In this document: positions 31,030-43,190 of the stretch, piece after piece
Position numbering within the stretch: the stretch's first letter is position 1
Layout: every line of letters begins with the position of its first letter
Source: Candidatus Bathyarchaeota archaeon
GTDB lineage: Archaea > Thermoproteota > Bathyarchaeia > 40CM-2-53-6
Direction: 5' to 3'
NCBI GenBank assembly: GCA_963835925.1
Contig: CAWIHH010000004.1
Location: forward strand, 282,111 to 346,110
Length of the DNA stretch: 64,000 bases
Made by a program: the position numbers and the translations under genes
The notes under the pieces: generated by a model
What the model was told of the DNA's origin: nothing
What the model saw: the letters and a program-made list of their open reading frames with translations, nothing else
Databases searched by the model: none

Positions 31030-31590
31030 TCAGGCTTTGAACCAGCGAAAGACCAAGTAGTCCACTTTCTTTCCCCGGTCCTTCGGAACCGCTATTGTGA
31101 ACTGTTTTCGCACGGTGGTCGCCAATCGCCCGGCCAAGACAACTTCGAACGGCCCCATCGTGTCCCTCTCCTTCTTGACTGTTACAATGAATGGGGCGTG
31201 ATCTATCCCCGGACCATGTTCGTAAATCGCGAAGTCGGAACCGAATCGTATTCCCGGAGTTACGATTAATCCCTTTTCGCGAAGGTTTTCATAGGCTGCA
31301 TATCCTAATTCGAATTGCTTGTAAATCCGATTAGCAAGCCCTAAAAGTCTTGTTCGGCTAACTGTCCTTGAAGACCTTACGTCAGTGACTTTGATAATCT
31401 TCCTATCTAGCAAATACAGCCCCTCCATCAGGTCTAGCATTAGTGGTGCCTTGAAATCTTGTTCGGGTTTAGGCTTGGGAATTCCGACAGGTTTGCCAAA
31501 GAATCCCATACGATAAAGGCTCATTCCATCCTTGTGATCCCACACAATTAACCTGGTTCCGATCAGTTCAGCGGTAAGAGCCTTCCCCAT
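31030..31590 (-). CDS. endA: tRNA-intron endonuclease, catalytic subunit
   Basis: GIRFGSDFAIYEHGPGIDHAPF and GRLATTVRK (Tyr/His/Lys triad). Confidence 0.93.
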   Translation of the reverse strand: MGKALTAELIGTRLIVWDHKDGMSLYRMGFFGKPVGIPKPKPEQDFKAPLMLDLMEGLYLLDRKIIKVTDVRSSRTVSRTRLLGLANRIYKQFELGYAAYENLREKGLIVTPGIRFGSDFAIYEHGPGIDHAPFIVTVKKERDTMGPFEVVLAGRLATTVRKQFTIAVPKDRGKKVDYLVFRWFKA

Positions 31591-31602
31591 TAGTCATGAC
31601 TC

Positions 31603-32262
31603 CTAAGCCGTGAGCGCCAAGACGCGTATATGATCGACGACATCGACACCTATGTCTGCAATCCGCTCAGCCCGATCGACCAGATCGCGGAAGAACAACA
31701 GTGTCTGCAGAGGCATTTTACTCGATAGCAATTCCATATCCAGGTTCCGTGACTCGATGTCGATCTGTCTCTCCAGATCTTCCACGACCTTCGCAGTTTC
31801 GACGGCTTTGTCGGCATCGAACGATAGCGAGTGAAGAGTTTCCCTGACTTTCGAGATCTCCTTCAGCACTGAACCCATCAAGTGCGACACTGCTTCCAGT
31901 CTTTTTGCGTCCAACTTCCACTTGAGGTCAACAGTGCCCATTAGCCTGAAGCCTATGGCCTCGCAATATTCGGCTACTTCTCCAAGCCTGAACAGGAGCC
32001 GGAGAAAATCCTCTCGGCTAATCAGTAGACTGCCTACAGATGCGACTTCATTAAGAAATGTATTCTTGTTCTTCTCGTTGTCTTCGAGTGTTTTGAGAAT
32101 ATTTTGGTAGCTTTCTTTCGCAAGTTTCGGTTTGTTTTCCGCCAGGTTATCCAGTAGGACTACCAATTGGCGAGTGATCTCAACCACGTTTCTGGCGTGG
32201 GTTTGGCATAGGTCAAGCATTCTGCGCCGAATGTTCGCTTCATTTTCGATTGGAAACGTCAC
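31603..32262 (-). CDS. DUF47/PhoU-like phosphate transport regulator
   Basis: All-helical protein with LISREDFLRL, LERQID and AERIAD. The start is probably GTG 32262, downstream of TTTAAG at about 32305-32310. Confidence 0.8.
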   Translation of the reverse strand: MTFPIENEANIRRRMLDLCQTHARNVVEITRQLVVLLDNLAENKPKLAKESYQNILKTLEDNEKNKNTFLNEVASVGSLLISREDFLRLLFRLGEVAEYCEAIGFRLMGTVDLKWKLDAKRLEAVSHLMGSVLKEISKVRETLHSLSFDADKAVETAKVVEDLERQIDIESRNLDMELLSSKMPLQTLLFFRDLVDRAERIADIGVDVVDHIRVLALTA

Positions 32263-32344
32263 GTGTTGCAACAACGCCTTTGGAACTATTATTGCAGAAC
32301 AGAACTTAAACCATAGCCCATTAACCGTCCAAATATCATTAGAA

Positions 32345-34114
32345 TTACTCGTAGACGACTTTGACGGGGGCTCCAAGAGTGGAAAGAGCCACATCACCCT
32401 TTAGAAAGCGCCCCACCAATTCTGGAAGCGCTCTCCAATCGTTCCTAACCTGCAGCCAGGTGTCCCTATCTCGGAGGGTGACTGTTTGGTCCTTGATGGT
32501 TTGATAATCGACCGTGATAGAAAGGGGGACGCCTATTTCGTCAGCACGTGCGTAACGCTTACCGATTGTCCCAGCCTCGTCATATTCCACATCAAAGCCC
32601 CCAATTGCCAGAGAATCCGTTATGTCTCTAGCAATTTTCGGAAGTCCGTCTTTCGCCATCAGAGGGAAAACGGTCAGTTGCAATGGTGCCAACTGGCGTG
32701 GAATCTTCAGAACGATCCTGTCCTTGGCGCGAGAATAGGAATATTCCAACGTTGAATAGACTATTCTCTCCGCTCCGAAGCTCGGTTCAACGACGTGTGG
32801 AATGAAACGTCTACCAGTTTCTCGAATCGTACGATCTTCCAAACGTACATGGGATGGGAGAATCTTAAACCCTTGAATTTCGAAGTACCCCACCTCGTTG
32901 AAGGCCGTTCTCAATTCTTCAGGACTTGTCAAGGCCAATTCCTGAAGCACAGGGGTAGTCTTTTCTCGCAAAAGGGGTCCCAAGAGGGATCCGATTGGGA
33001 CGACCACGGTTGCCTTTCTCTCGACGGGGGTGGAAAACGGTTCGAACACGGATAAATCGACGCCTGAACCCTTCATGTGCGCTGAAAGATCGAAATCTGT
33101 TCGACACGCGTGTCCGGCTATCTCAACCCAACCCCACCGGTCGAGCCAAATCTGATGGTCGAAGGTCTGTGCAGAATAGTGCGATCGCTCCGTAGGAAGC
33201 TTCTCTTCGAATCGTTGTTTGTCAGCCGGTATGCCCAGCGAATTGGCAAACTTGACGGACAGTGCCATGAAATAGGCCAACCAATCATATTTCACAAATC
33301 CTCGACTGGATGCTTCCACTGCAGGGACCATCGTAAGCTGGATGTGATTCTGCTCCCGATCCTTCGCGAGAATTAGTGGCAACCGAATATCTTTGACCCA
33401 CTCCATGTATTCACATTCTCGCTCCTTGGGGTCAAAGAAGAATTCCAATTCCATGATCGTGAATTCCCGAAGTCGGATAGGGCCTTGCCTGGGGGAGATC
33501 TCATTTCTCATGACTGTGCCAATTTGCGCTATCCCCAACGGGAGTTTCCCCCTGCTAGTATCGTAGACTCGCTTGAAGTCTACGAACATCCCCTGCGCCG
33601 CTTCCGGTCTGGCATAGCCGACAACATCACCATATGGCCCAATATTCGTCCTAAACATGGTTGAGAAGTACTCCGAACGGCTCAGCGGTCCTCCACACTC
33701 CGGGCAACGAATCCGATTCTCTTGGATGAACTTGTCAATTTCCAGATCCGACATAGCCTCGATCGCCAGATCAGTGCGACCCGGCATTGCCTCCGTTATC
33801 ACATGGTCCGCTTTGAAATGGCGATGACATTGATCACACGTAACCATCAGATCCTTGAAGTGCTCAATGTGGCCTGATGCCATGAACACACGCTCAGGCG
33901 TAATCACAGGGCTAGATATTGCCGCGAACCCGTGTTGATAGACAAAGAGTTGCAACCAACGATCTTCAATACGTCTCTTCATCCTCGTGCCCAGTGGACC
34001 AAGGTCCATGTAACCGCTGACGCCTCCATAGATCTCAAATGAAGGCCAAAAGAAGCCTCGCCGCTTGGCTAGATCCGATAGCAATTCGTACTTGTCTATG
34101 CCGCTCAAATTCAC
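32345..34114 (-). CDS. glyS: Glycine--tRNA ligase (homodimeric archaeal/eukaryotic type)
   Basis: RRGFFWPSFEIYGG, RPEAAQG, RNEISPRQGPIRLREF, VEPSFGAER, IGKRYARADEIG. Confidence 0.97.
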   Translation of the reverse strand: MNLSGIDKYELLSDLAKRRGFFWPSFEIYGGVSGYMDLGPLGTRMKRRIEDRWLQLFVYQHGFAAISSPVITPERVFMASGHIEHFKDLMVTCDQCHRHFKADHVITEAMPGRTDLAIEAMSDLEIDKFIQENRIRCPECGGPLSRSEYFSTMFRTNIGPYGDVVGYARPEAAQGMFVDFKRVYDTSRGKLPLGIAQIGTVMRNEISPRQGPIRLREFTIMELEFFFDPKERECEYMEWVKDIRLPLILAKDREQNHIQLTMVPAVEASSRGFVKYDWLAYFMALSVKFANSLGIPADKQRFEEKLPTERSHYSAQTFDHQIWLDRWGWVEIAGHACRTDFDLSAHMKGSGVDLSVFEPFSTPVERKATVVVPIGSLLGPLLREKTTPVLQELALTSPEELRTAFNEVGYFEIQGFKILPSHVRLEDRTIRETGRRFIPHVVEPSFGAERIVYSTLEYSYSRAKDRIVLKIPRQLAPLQLTVFPLMAKDGLPKIARDITDSLAIGGFDVEYDEAGTIGKRYARADEIGVPLSITVDYQTIKDQTVTLRDRDTWLQVRNDWRALPELVGRFLKGDVALSTLGAPVKVVYE

Positions 34115-34349
34115 AGGTCCTCAGTTTGCGCTGGTGAAAGCGAGACTTGACGAGTCGAATAAAATAGTCTTACCTTTTGCATGAACCTGACATTGGGTGT
34201 AGTTTCTGACCTCGAATTCGCAGTAGGCCATTTTCACCGGACTTGCTTTTCTGCGCTCACTTTCGGAACGCTGTCACTTTTTTCCCATCTCTTCCCTAGA
34301 GAGTTCAGTACTGTATCATAAGCAAAGCTGAATCGACACCTATGAATTG

Positions 34350-35153
34350 TCACCTTCCCTTTGAAGGATCTCTGATCCTCAACGGTGCTCCCTTTCTCTT
34401 CGGAGGAGCAACAACCATTCTCCTTAGCCTCTGAATCGCAAGTGCTGGGTCCACCCCCTTTGGACATACAAACGAACATGCTCCAGCGAAATGACACCTC
34501 CAAATCCCATGCGTATCATCAAGAACGCCTAGTCTCTCATGAACTCCCTCATCGCGCGAATCTGACATGTACCTGTAGGCCTGTCCCAATGCCTGGGGCC
34601 CGATGAACTTCGCATCGCTCGCGACCGTGGGACAGGCTGCATTGCAGAGCCCGCACTTTATGCAATATGAGAACTGAAGAAAATCATCCAGTTCTCGCGG
34701 GCTTTGAACATATTCCGTTTCAGTTGACTGCTGCTCTGCCTCGTCTCTCCTAAATATGTACGGTTTCACGGATTGGTGTTTCTCGAAGAAACCCTGAAAG
34801 CGGGTTACCAAGTCTCGTATGAGTGGGTAATGAGCTAGTGGTTCTACGGTTACGGTCCCGGAGCAGAGCTCTGTGACTTGCGTGTAGCAAGCGAGCCGAG
34901 GCAGCCCGTTGATTCTCATTCCACATGAGCCGCATGACGCCATCCTGCAGGAGTACCGGATCGCAATTGAATGGTCGAGTTTCTCCTTGGCGTAGAGTAG
35001 GGCGCCCAGGACGGTCATACCTGGCTCCATGGGGATTTGAAAAGCCTGATAGCAGGTGCGATTGTTTTCTGCTGGATTTTCACGGAAAACCCTCAATGTG
35101 AATGATTTTTGCTGCGGTCCGGCTGAGTGAACGGTCTGCATGTCGGTCAACAA
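34350..35153 (-). CDS. sdhB: Succinate dehydrogenase/fumarate reductase Fe-S subunit
   Basis: SCRMASCGSC, CIKCGLCNAACP, CHFAGACSFVCP. Confidence 0.95.
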   Translation of the reverse strand: MLTDMQTVHSAGPQQKSFTLRVFRENPAENNRTCYQAFQIPMEPGMTVLGALLYAKEKLDHSIAIRYSCRMASCGSCGMRINGLPRLACYTQVTELCSGTVTVEPLAHYPLIRDLVTRFQGFFEKHQSVKPYIFRRDEAEQQSTETEYVQSPRELDDFLQFSYCIKCGLCNAACPTVASDAKFIGPQALGQAYRYMSDSRDEGVHERLGVLDDTHGIWRCHFAGACSFVCPKGVDPALAIQRLRRMVVAPPKRKGAPLRIRDPSKGR

Positions 35154-35156
35154 CTT

Positions 35157-36873
35157 TCAGTAGTGCCGTTCTGTTGGAGTGTACTTAGTAATCGTTACGG
35201 GGGAGTATTCAAGACGGGGACCGGCGGGGGAGAGGTAAGCGAGTGTATGTTTGAGCCAATTCTGGTCGTCTCTTTTTGGAAAATCTATTCTAGCGTGAGC
35301 GCCTCTTGACTCGGTTCTCGCAAGAGCTCCGACCAGAACGATTTCCGCAACGTCGAACATCGTTTCAAGTTCGAGCACATTGATGAAATTGGTATTGTAT
35401 TCCTTCGCTTGATCGTCCACATGCCTGTACGCTTTCTTGTGAAGCTCTCGCAACTCCTTTAGTCCGGTTGCTAGGCCTTCTCCAGAACGGTAAACGTAGG
35501 CAGACCTATCCATTATCGTCTGGATTTCGTTGTGTATCTCGTAGGGGTTTTCTGTTCCACTTCCGTGAAGTATTTCGTCGAAGAGGCGCTTCTCCTCCCT
35601 GGTCAAAGCCCCTTTTTCTATCGTAGGAGCGGGGCCTGAGAGTGCGTGCATTGCAGCATCTGCTCCGGCTTGCGCTCCGAACACTAAACATTCTGCGGTT
35701 GAATTTGCTCCAAGTCTGTTTGCGCCATTGATACTGACACATGCTGCTTCGCCTGCTGACCAGAGGCCTCCAATAGGAGTCTCAGCCTTCATGTTGGTTC
35801 TTATCCCTCCCATCGTGTAATGACATACAGGTCTGACAGGTAATGGTTCGTCGATGGGATCGATTCCCTTGAATTTAATCGCAATCTCTCTAATTGCCGA
35901 AAGTCGCTCTTTGATTTTTTCGGCGCCGAGATGGCGTAAATCGAGAAGAAGGTGAGCCATTCCAGTCTCGGGATCCTTTAGACCTCGACCTTCCTGGATT
36001 TCCGTAATCATGGCTCGGGAGACCACGTCTCGCGACGCTAGGTCCTGTTTCTCAGGCGCGTATTTTTTCATGAAACGCTCTCCCTCACTGTTAATCAATA
36101 CAGCTCCGTCTCCTCTTGCCCCTTCAGTGATGAGAACGCCTGACGGGATCAAGCCGGTCGGATGAAATTGAACAAACTCCATGTCTTCTATGGGGGCTCC
36201 TGCTCGATAGGCCAGAGAGAGACCGTCGGGCGTTGATGAATACCCGTAGGTTGCAAATCGGTAAAGCCTTCCAGCACCACCAGTTGCAACTATCCCTGCT
36301 TTGGCGGTGAACGCGGAGACCTCTCCGTTCTTCAAGTCGATAGCGGTTACTCCCTGGAAGATTCCGTGGTCAACTAACAGTGAAGTCTGCGTAGTATTCT
36401 TGGAAGAAGTGAATATTATCATACTTGCGGGTTGTGTCGTATAGTGTCTGCATCTCGAAGAACCCCACTCTGTCTGCTGCGAAGGTAGCTCGCGGATAGC
36501 TGTAGCCGCCGAAGTTTCGTTGCGCTATTCGACAATCTTCTGTTCTAGACCATGGCATTCCCCAGTGTTCAAGAAGGTAGATCTCAGCGGGCATCGCGTT
36601 TGCGAAGAATTCAACCGCATCTTGATCAGCTAAGAAGTCGCTTCCCTTGATCGTGTCGAAGATATGGGACTCGATAGAGTCTCCTTTATCTGGGTAAAGG
36701 ACTGCTGCAGTGCCGCCTTCCGCTGAAACTGAATGGGAACGCATCGCCTGCACTTTCGTAATGACCGCAATGTCACACTTTCCTTTCGAAACGCGAGCGG
36801 CTTCGATGGCTGCGCGCAGACCAGCTATGCCTGACCCAACTATTACAAGATCATGCGATGAAATCTCAGTCAA
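35157..36873 (-). CDS. sdhA: Succinate dehydrogenase/fumarate reductase flavoprotein subunit (frameshift near 36390)
   Basis: VGSGIAG, RSHSVSAEGG (covalent FAD His), QFHPTG, TEGARG, HYTMGG, GANRLGANS, ESRGAH. TTG start with SD GAGGT. Confidence 0.95.
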
Positions 36874-37020
36874 GCCGAGCAACCTCACTTCCAGTGTCCT
36901 ATTTTTGTCATGCCCAACATTCCGCGCATATAAGCATGAATCCTGCGCCGTAACTAGAAACCCAGAAAAAGTAACTAACATAACGATAGTGGCTAGGCGC
37001 CACGGTGGAGAGAGTCGTAG

Positions 37021-38058
37021 ATGATAAGGCCAACTCTTTACAGGATTTCCACCCTGGCCATTGGTGTAACGGCGCTAGGGTTGTTCATCTACGTAATCGG
37101 CTTAGACGAGTTGAGGAAAGTCATACTCCAAGTGGACCCCGCTGTCATGATTCTCATGACCGGAATCCAGCTGCTCGGTCTAATTTTCTACGCTTCCGCA
37201 TGGTTCATGCTAATCCAAGCGACCGGGCACAGAATTCGATTTCTGACGTGCCAAGGAATCTCGTTTGCCAGTATCTTCGCGAGCTACACCTTACCCAGCG
37301 GCATCTTCCTTGAGGCAATGCGTGTCGTTCTTGGGTCGAAAGAGTCTGGCATGAAACTCGGAGAGTCAACGGCCACAGTGATCTTTCACAGGATTCTCTA
37401 CATATTGGGCTTTCTGGGAAGTACCTCTATTGCACTGCTCGCACTCATCATCGGGCGTCAGATCATTTCCTCCGCAGTCATCGACCTATCCATCTTGCCT
37501 GCACTTGCAATTGGAGGACTGACCATAGTCCTCTACCTATCGCTTCGACCCAAACGATTGCAACCACTCCTCGAACGTGTTCTCAAACTGGCCCAGCCCC
37601 TGATCAAAGTTATCCAAAGTGAAACAAGCCCAGATGAAAAAGCCGACCAATTCCTTAGCGACTATCAACAAGGCTTTCGTAAAATGCTCTCATCGAAAAA
37701 ATACACTGCCGCGTCCTTCCTAGCAAGCTTAGGTGATTGGGGATGCTCGGTACTGACCCTCTGGGTAGTGCTCGCCTCCCTCGGGGTTAATCTTACTTTT
37801 TTGGTGGTGGTCATCAGTATGGGCGTGGGAAAGATGATTCAAATGACCCCCATCGCCGTTCCCGGAATGCTTGGAATTTACGAAGCTGCGATAACCACGT
37901 CACTCGTTTTGTTCGGAGTACCCGTTGCGATCGGGGCCTCAGCCGCAATTCTAATGAGAATCATCACTTTCTGGCTGGACCTACCCGTCACAGGCTTGCC
38001 GGCGTACCACTATGGCTTCAAATGGCTCGGCAAGCGAACGCTGCTCCCCCGCTCATGA
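37021..38058 (+). CDS. UPF0104 / lysylphosphatidylglycerol-synthase TM domain (flippase-like) membrane protein
   Basis: Multi-TM protein with PIAVPGMLGIYE and ILMRIITFW. Confidence 0.85.
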   Translation: MIRPTLYRISTLAIGVTALGLFIYVIGLDELRKVILQVDPAVMILMTGIQLLGLIFYASAWFMLIQATGHRIRFLTCQGISFASIFASYTLPSGIFLEAMRVVLGSKESGMKLGESTATVIFHRILYILGFLGSTSIALLALIIGRQIISSAVIDLSILPALAIGGLTIVLYLSLRPKRLQPLLERVLKLAQPLIKVIQSETSPDEKADQFLSDYQQGFRKMLSSKKYTAASFLASLGDWGCSVLTLWVVLASLGVNLTFLVVVISMGVGKMIQMTPIAVPGMLGIYEAAITTSLVLFGVPVAIGASAAILMRIITFWLDLPVTGLPAYHYGFKWLGKRTLLPRS

Positions 38059-38210
38059 ACTAGTTTCAAGAGCTGCGCCAGTTAAATGCAGAGCCGGTTA
38101 CGGCGCTGCTCACAGCTGGAACAGAACATGGAACTGAAGTTTCATGGAAGGCGGTTAACTGTTTCTAGAGATCTAGATTAGAGCTTCCGAGCCTAGAACT
38201 AAGGCGAGGT

Positions 38211-38386
38211 CTAACGTGCTTTGACACGCTTCACTATCGGAGGTCGGATTTCCGTAGCACGCGGTATCCGCAATAGGGGCATTTGATTTCAGGAGTCATT
38301 GACAATTGATCAGCCGTAAGGTGCTGCCCGCAACTGATGCACTCGTACATTATCCCTGCAGGACGTTGTTCGGACTCCTCAGACAT
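38211..38386 (-). CDS. rpoP: DNA-directed RNA polymerase subunit P (Rpo12), one base missing in an A-run
   Basis: Not in the ORF track: MSEESEQRPAGIMYECISCGQHLTADQLSMTPEIKCPYCGYRVLRK|IRPPIVKRVKAR*; SD GGAGG. The span is 176 nt, one short of 59 codons. Confidence 0.9.
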
Positions 38387-38444
38387 TTTGCAAACCGCCT
38401 CCAGACATTCTGGGACTCCAATTAAACCTTTGCAGAGTCAACAG

Positions 38445-39663
38445 CTAGGTATGTCGTCTGATGAAATCATCAATCGCATCGTATGCCTCATTCAGCATGC
38501 TCTCTTCTGGCAGGAAGACTGCTCTGAAGTGGTCCTTTCCATAGGTGGAATCAAACCCCGAACCGTGAACAACCAAAACCCCAGTCTCTTTCAGCAGATC
38601 GCTAACGAACTCCGCGTCATCGTTCCACTTCGTCCCAAGGCAGTTGATTTTGGGAAAAATGTAGAATGCACCCTCAGGTTTCGCCGCACTGAGCCCTGAG
38701 ATTTCATTGACTCGTTTCAATGAAAAGTCTCGACGGCGTTTCAGTTTTGATACCATATCGCCGATGTGATCCTGCGGACCTCGTAACGCCTCCACGGCGG
38801 CAATCTGTGCCGGAGTGCTCGCACAAAGCCTTACTCGAGAAAGCCGCTGGATACCATCCCAAACGTCCGCCAGCCTTCCTGCCGGGTCCTGAATGTAGAG
38901 ATATCCAAGCCGCCATCCTGTCATCAAGTACGCCTTCGAGAACCCGTTCAACCCTATCAGCGGGACGTCTCTTGCCAACGAAGCGACACTGGAGAACTTT
39001 GCGTCATAGAGGATCCTGTCATATATTTCGTCGGCAGCGACTGGAATGTTGTGGGCGGCAGCCAATTCCAGAATCCTGAACGATATCGTCTCTTGAGTAT
39101 ACAGAGCCCGTAGGATTGCTTGGATTGATTATAACGATAAGCTGCGTTCGCTCGGTGATCTTGCTTTCCAAGTCGACCAGGTCAGGCGCCCACCCCCTTT
39201 CTTCAATTGTACTATACGTTACAGGGGTACCTTCGAAGAACTTGGCATACGCTAAGTAGGGAGGGTAAGAGGGGCCGGGCATCAGAACATCATCTCCAGG
39301 GTTCACAATAGCAGCCATCAGGAAGAGTATGGCCTCCGAAATCCCGCTGGTGATTATGACCTTGTCCGCATCAATTTGCGCTCCATTCACGCGCCTCTCT
39401 TTCTCAGCAACCGCTTCGCGAAGTTCCTTAATTCCTTCAGAAGGGGAGTAGTAATTCGAACCGTTCTCGACCGCCGTCTCCAATGCGTGTCTTATGTGTG
39501 GAGGAGTCTCGAAACCGTATTTGACTGGGTCGCCAATATTCAAGTATAGGATTCTCTTGCCGCTTCGCCTAAGCTCTTCCGCCTTCACCATCACATCGCG
39601 AATTGCGTACTCGACCCCCCGCGCTCTCTTCGAGGCTTGGGAACCAAGCTGCAAAACCTGCAC
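38445..39663 (-). CDS. PLP-dependent aminotransferase class I/II (alanine aminotransferase-like), frameshifted
   Basis: VEYAIRD, LNIGDP, INPSNPTG, DEIYD, GFSKAYLMTGWRLG. Confidence 0.92.
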
Positions 39664-39764
39664 CCGAGTCCCGTATTGCAGACGTGTTTAATATGGTTCT
39701 CACTCATTCCACGAATCAAAATCATCGGAGCCGCGACTTCTGAGCCGAGCCTCTAATCGTTCAG

Positions 39765-42062
39765 CTATTTGACCTGACTCATCGGGTTAGGCAGCTGCTG
39801 TTCCGTTTCTTCCTTTGGGGCTATTTCGCGCTGGCTCCTTCTGTAAGCCCAGCCTACCAACGCGATCAGCAGCACCGCCACAAACCAAGGCGCCCAGCCA
39901 GGCTTCGCAGCGACAAGGATTGGTGCTATGATCAGCGAGATTAGGTTAACCACCTTGACCATCGGATTCAGAGCAGGACCCGCAGTATCCTTCAGGGGAT
40001 CGCCGACGGTGTCTCCGACGACGCTAGCCTTGTGGCGGTCGCTGCCTTTGCCTGTGTTGGCCGCCAGGTTGCGAGGCTCGTCTTCGATAGTTTTCTTCGC
40101 ATTGTCCCAAGCCCCTCCAGCATTAGCCATGAAAACAGCCAGCAACTGTCCGGACACTATGATCCCGGCCAGGAAACCGCCTAATGCTTCCACCTGCAGC
40201 GTCAGACCCACAATGATTGGTACGACCATTGCAATTACTGCAAGTGGCACAAGCTCCTTCTGTGCGGATAGCGTGGAAATGGTCACCACATTCCTGTAAT
40301 CAGGCGCCACCGTGCCTTCCATCACGCCTGGAATTCGGAATTGACGGCGTACTTCATCCACAATTAGGTTTGCAGCGCGCGATACGGCCCTTATAGATAA
40401 GGAGCTGAACATCCAAGGCAAGGCTCCACCAAGTAATAGACCGATGAAGACTGGGATTTCAGATACGCTGATACTCTTCAGGCCTACCGCCGTGATATAT
40501 GAGGCGAACAGTGACACTGCTGCGATTACTGCCGACGCGATGGCGATGCCCTTCGTGATGGCCTTAGTCGTATTGCCTACTGCATCGAGGTCGGCCATTA
40601 TTTGGCGACCCTTCTTCGTCTCATCGTCAACTAGGTCATGCCAGGCCATTTCGCCGATGCCGTTGGCGTTGTCACTGATTGGGCCGAAGGAGTCCATGGC
40701 CAGATTGTTGCCTGTTTGACTTAGCATGCCGATCCCGATCATAGCGATAGCGTAGAGCGTGAACACTCCAGTTGACGGAGGATAGAGTATCATTGCTAGG
40801 ATTATAGCTACGACAATTAACACGACCGCCCATACGGAAGACTCCAAACCGCTCGCAAGGCCTGTCAAGATAGTTGTCGCTGGTCCTGCTCTCGTGGATT
40901 TGACAATCCCTTTCACTGGTGCTTTGTCCGTGGCCGTGAAGTAGGATGTGAGCGGGTTAAAGCCCACAGCCAATCCAACTCCGATTGCTATCAGTGCTCC
41001 GAGCCGCCAGTCACCCGCGTAGAGAATGGCGACTACAAATGACCAGAAGATCGAGTTGACGCTGGACACTTCGTAGGATCGAAACATTGCGTCTTCGGCG
41101 TTTCGAGCCCGTAAGAATTTGATCGGGAATTTTGCCCAAATCGGCACTGAGAAGGTGCCAATAATCGATGAGATTACTCCAATGCCACGAATAATGAGAG
41201 GGAATAAAATCCATTTCAGACTGTGCGTTGGATCAAGTGTCATCAATGCCAAACCAAGTATCAGGGCTGAGACAATGGTGACTTCATAGGATTCGAAGAT
41301 GTCGGCCGCCATTCCAGCGCAGTCTCCCACGTTGTCACCTACTAGATCTGCGACTACAGCGGCGTTACGCGGATCGTCTTCAGGGATGTCTTTTTCAACC
41401 TTCCCAACTAGGTCTGCCCCTACATCGGCAGCCTTTGTGAATATGCCTCCCCCAACTCGCATGAACAGTGCAAGGAGTGTTCCCCCAAAACCGAATCCCA
41501 GCAGTGCGTCGGGTGCAGCTCGACCGAATATAATGAATATTGAAGTACCCCCGAGCAGGCCTAGACCGTCGGTCAGCATTCCTGTTATTGTGCCTGCGTA
41601 GTAGGCAATGGATAGCGCTTCATTGAAACCCCGTCGTGAGGCAGAGGCGACGCGCACATTTGCCTGAACGGCCATGCGCATGCCGAATTGACCGACGATG
41701 AGACTGAATGATGCACCTAGTACGAAAGCAAGCCATGCGGCCGACGGCGATGACTATTTGAGCATTGTTTCCGAATACGTCGACTGCTTCTGGAGTTGGG
41801 TGAACAACGTACACGCTGAGGAAGAGCCCGACGGCCAAAACGCCGATCAGCGGCAAGATGGTTCGCAGCTGGCGTGCTCAGATAGGCGTCGGCCCCAACC
41901 CTAATGGCGTTCCATACCTCTTGCATCTTGGCGGTGCCCATGTCCTTCTTGATGACTCCTGATCGCAGCCAGAGTGCATACAGTAGGCTGATTATCGCGA
42001 TTCCGATTATTCCCCAAGGAGCTACGGTTTCAAAGGTCCCTAATCCTGTGCCGCTGATAATT
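39765..42062 (-). CDS. hppA: Membrane-integral pyrophosphatase, predicted K+-independent H+ pump (N-terminus frameshifted)
   Basis: GGGIFTKAADVGADLVGKVE, EDDPRN, DLVGDNVGD, GNTTKA (Lys form), GGAWDNAKK, GDTVGDPLKD. The start is uncertain. Confidence 0.95.
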
Positions 42063-42185
42063 GGTCTCCACTCCGTATTCCCGCAGTTGACTTGAATTGT
42101 CCGTTGGCGAAGAGTACATATTATTTAAGGATGTAGGTGCCGAGGCGAACGTCAAGTGACAAGAAACGAAGAGAGTGCATCAGAA

Positions 42186-42965
42186 TTGGCGAGAACAATT
42201 TCGATCTACGGATTAGAGAAGATTCCCCTGATCAATCCTGGTGATGATGCGGCTCAATTGATCATGGACGCGATGAAAGTTGAGGGTTTAGAGTTGATGG
42301 ATGGACGATATCGTGGTTGTCTCGCAAAAGATAGTTTCGAAAGCGGAGGACCTCCTCGTCGATATCTCAGACATCAAACCACGCCGAAGATCCAAGTTTC
42401 ATTTCGAAACGAACTAAGAAGGATGCAAGATTGATTGAACTGATTATGAGAGATTCGGTGAAAGTAATCCGTGCCGACCGACAGGCCCTAGTGGTACGAA
42501 GAAAAGATGGATTTGTCTGCCTCAATGCCGGAGTAGACAAATCGAACGTCGACTGGGCGAACGGTTTACACGCGACTTCCGGAAGACGCGGATACTTCCG
42601 CGAGAAGCTGAGAAAGCGACTTGAAGAGCTTTCGGGAAAGGAGACTTGGTGTCATAGTTGCCGACACCTATAGTCGCCCCTTGAGAGTGGGGCAGGTTGA
42701 GTTTGCCATAGGAGTTTCAGGGATCGAGCCGATTACGGATTATAGAGGTCAGAAGGATCTCTTCGGATATGAATTGAAGTACAAGTTCGTAGCGATCGCT
42801 GATGAGGTGGCGGCTGCTGCTGAGCTCGTTATGGGACAGGGAACTGAGAAGGTGCCAGTTGCGGTGGTCAGAGGTCTCAATCGCATGGAAAGAACGCAAG
42901 CTCATGGTCTTTCAAGAAAGTTGCTTCTAGGAAGACAAGCTGACTTATTTACCAAAACCAAATGA
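42186..42965 (+). CDS. cofE: Coenzyme F420-0:L-glutamate ligase (frameshifted)
   Basis: IPLINPGDD, VVSQKIVSKAE, NAGVDKSN, VADTYSRPLRVG, DEVAAAAELVMGQG. Confidence 0.9.
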
Positions 42966-43190
42966 AACCATAACCTTGGTGGCGAAGAGTTTCAAGTTCC
43001 GACTGTTGTCAGGTCTGCGAGCTGTTTCGGTCCGCAGCCCTAGTCGCTGACTGTAATTGCTAGAAGATTGTTGGAAACAAGAGAGATTGATGCCACTTTC
43101 AAATCCGGCAGTAGTTCATGTTCTTCAGAAACCAACATGATTGGGAAAGACATTTATCGGTTTAACATGATGCTTCATTTTGAAGTTGAG

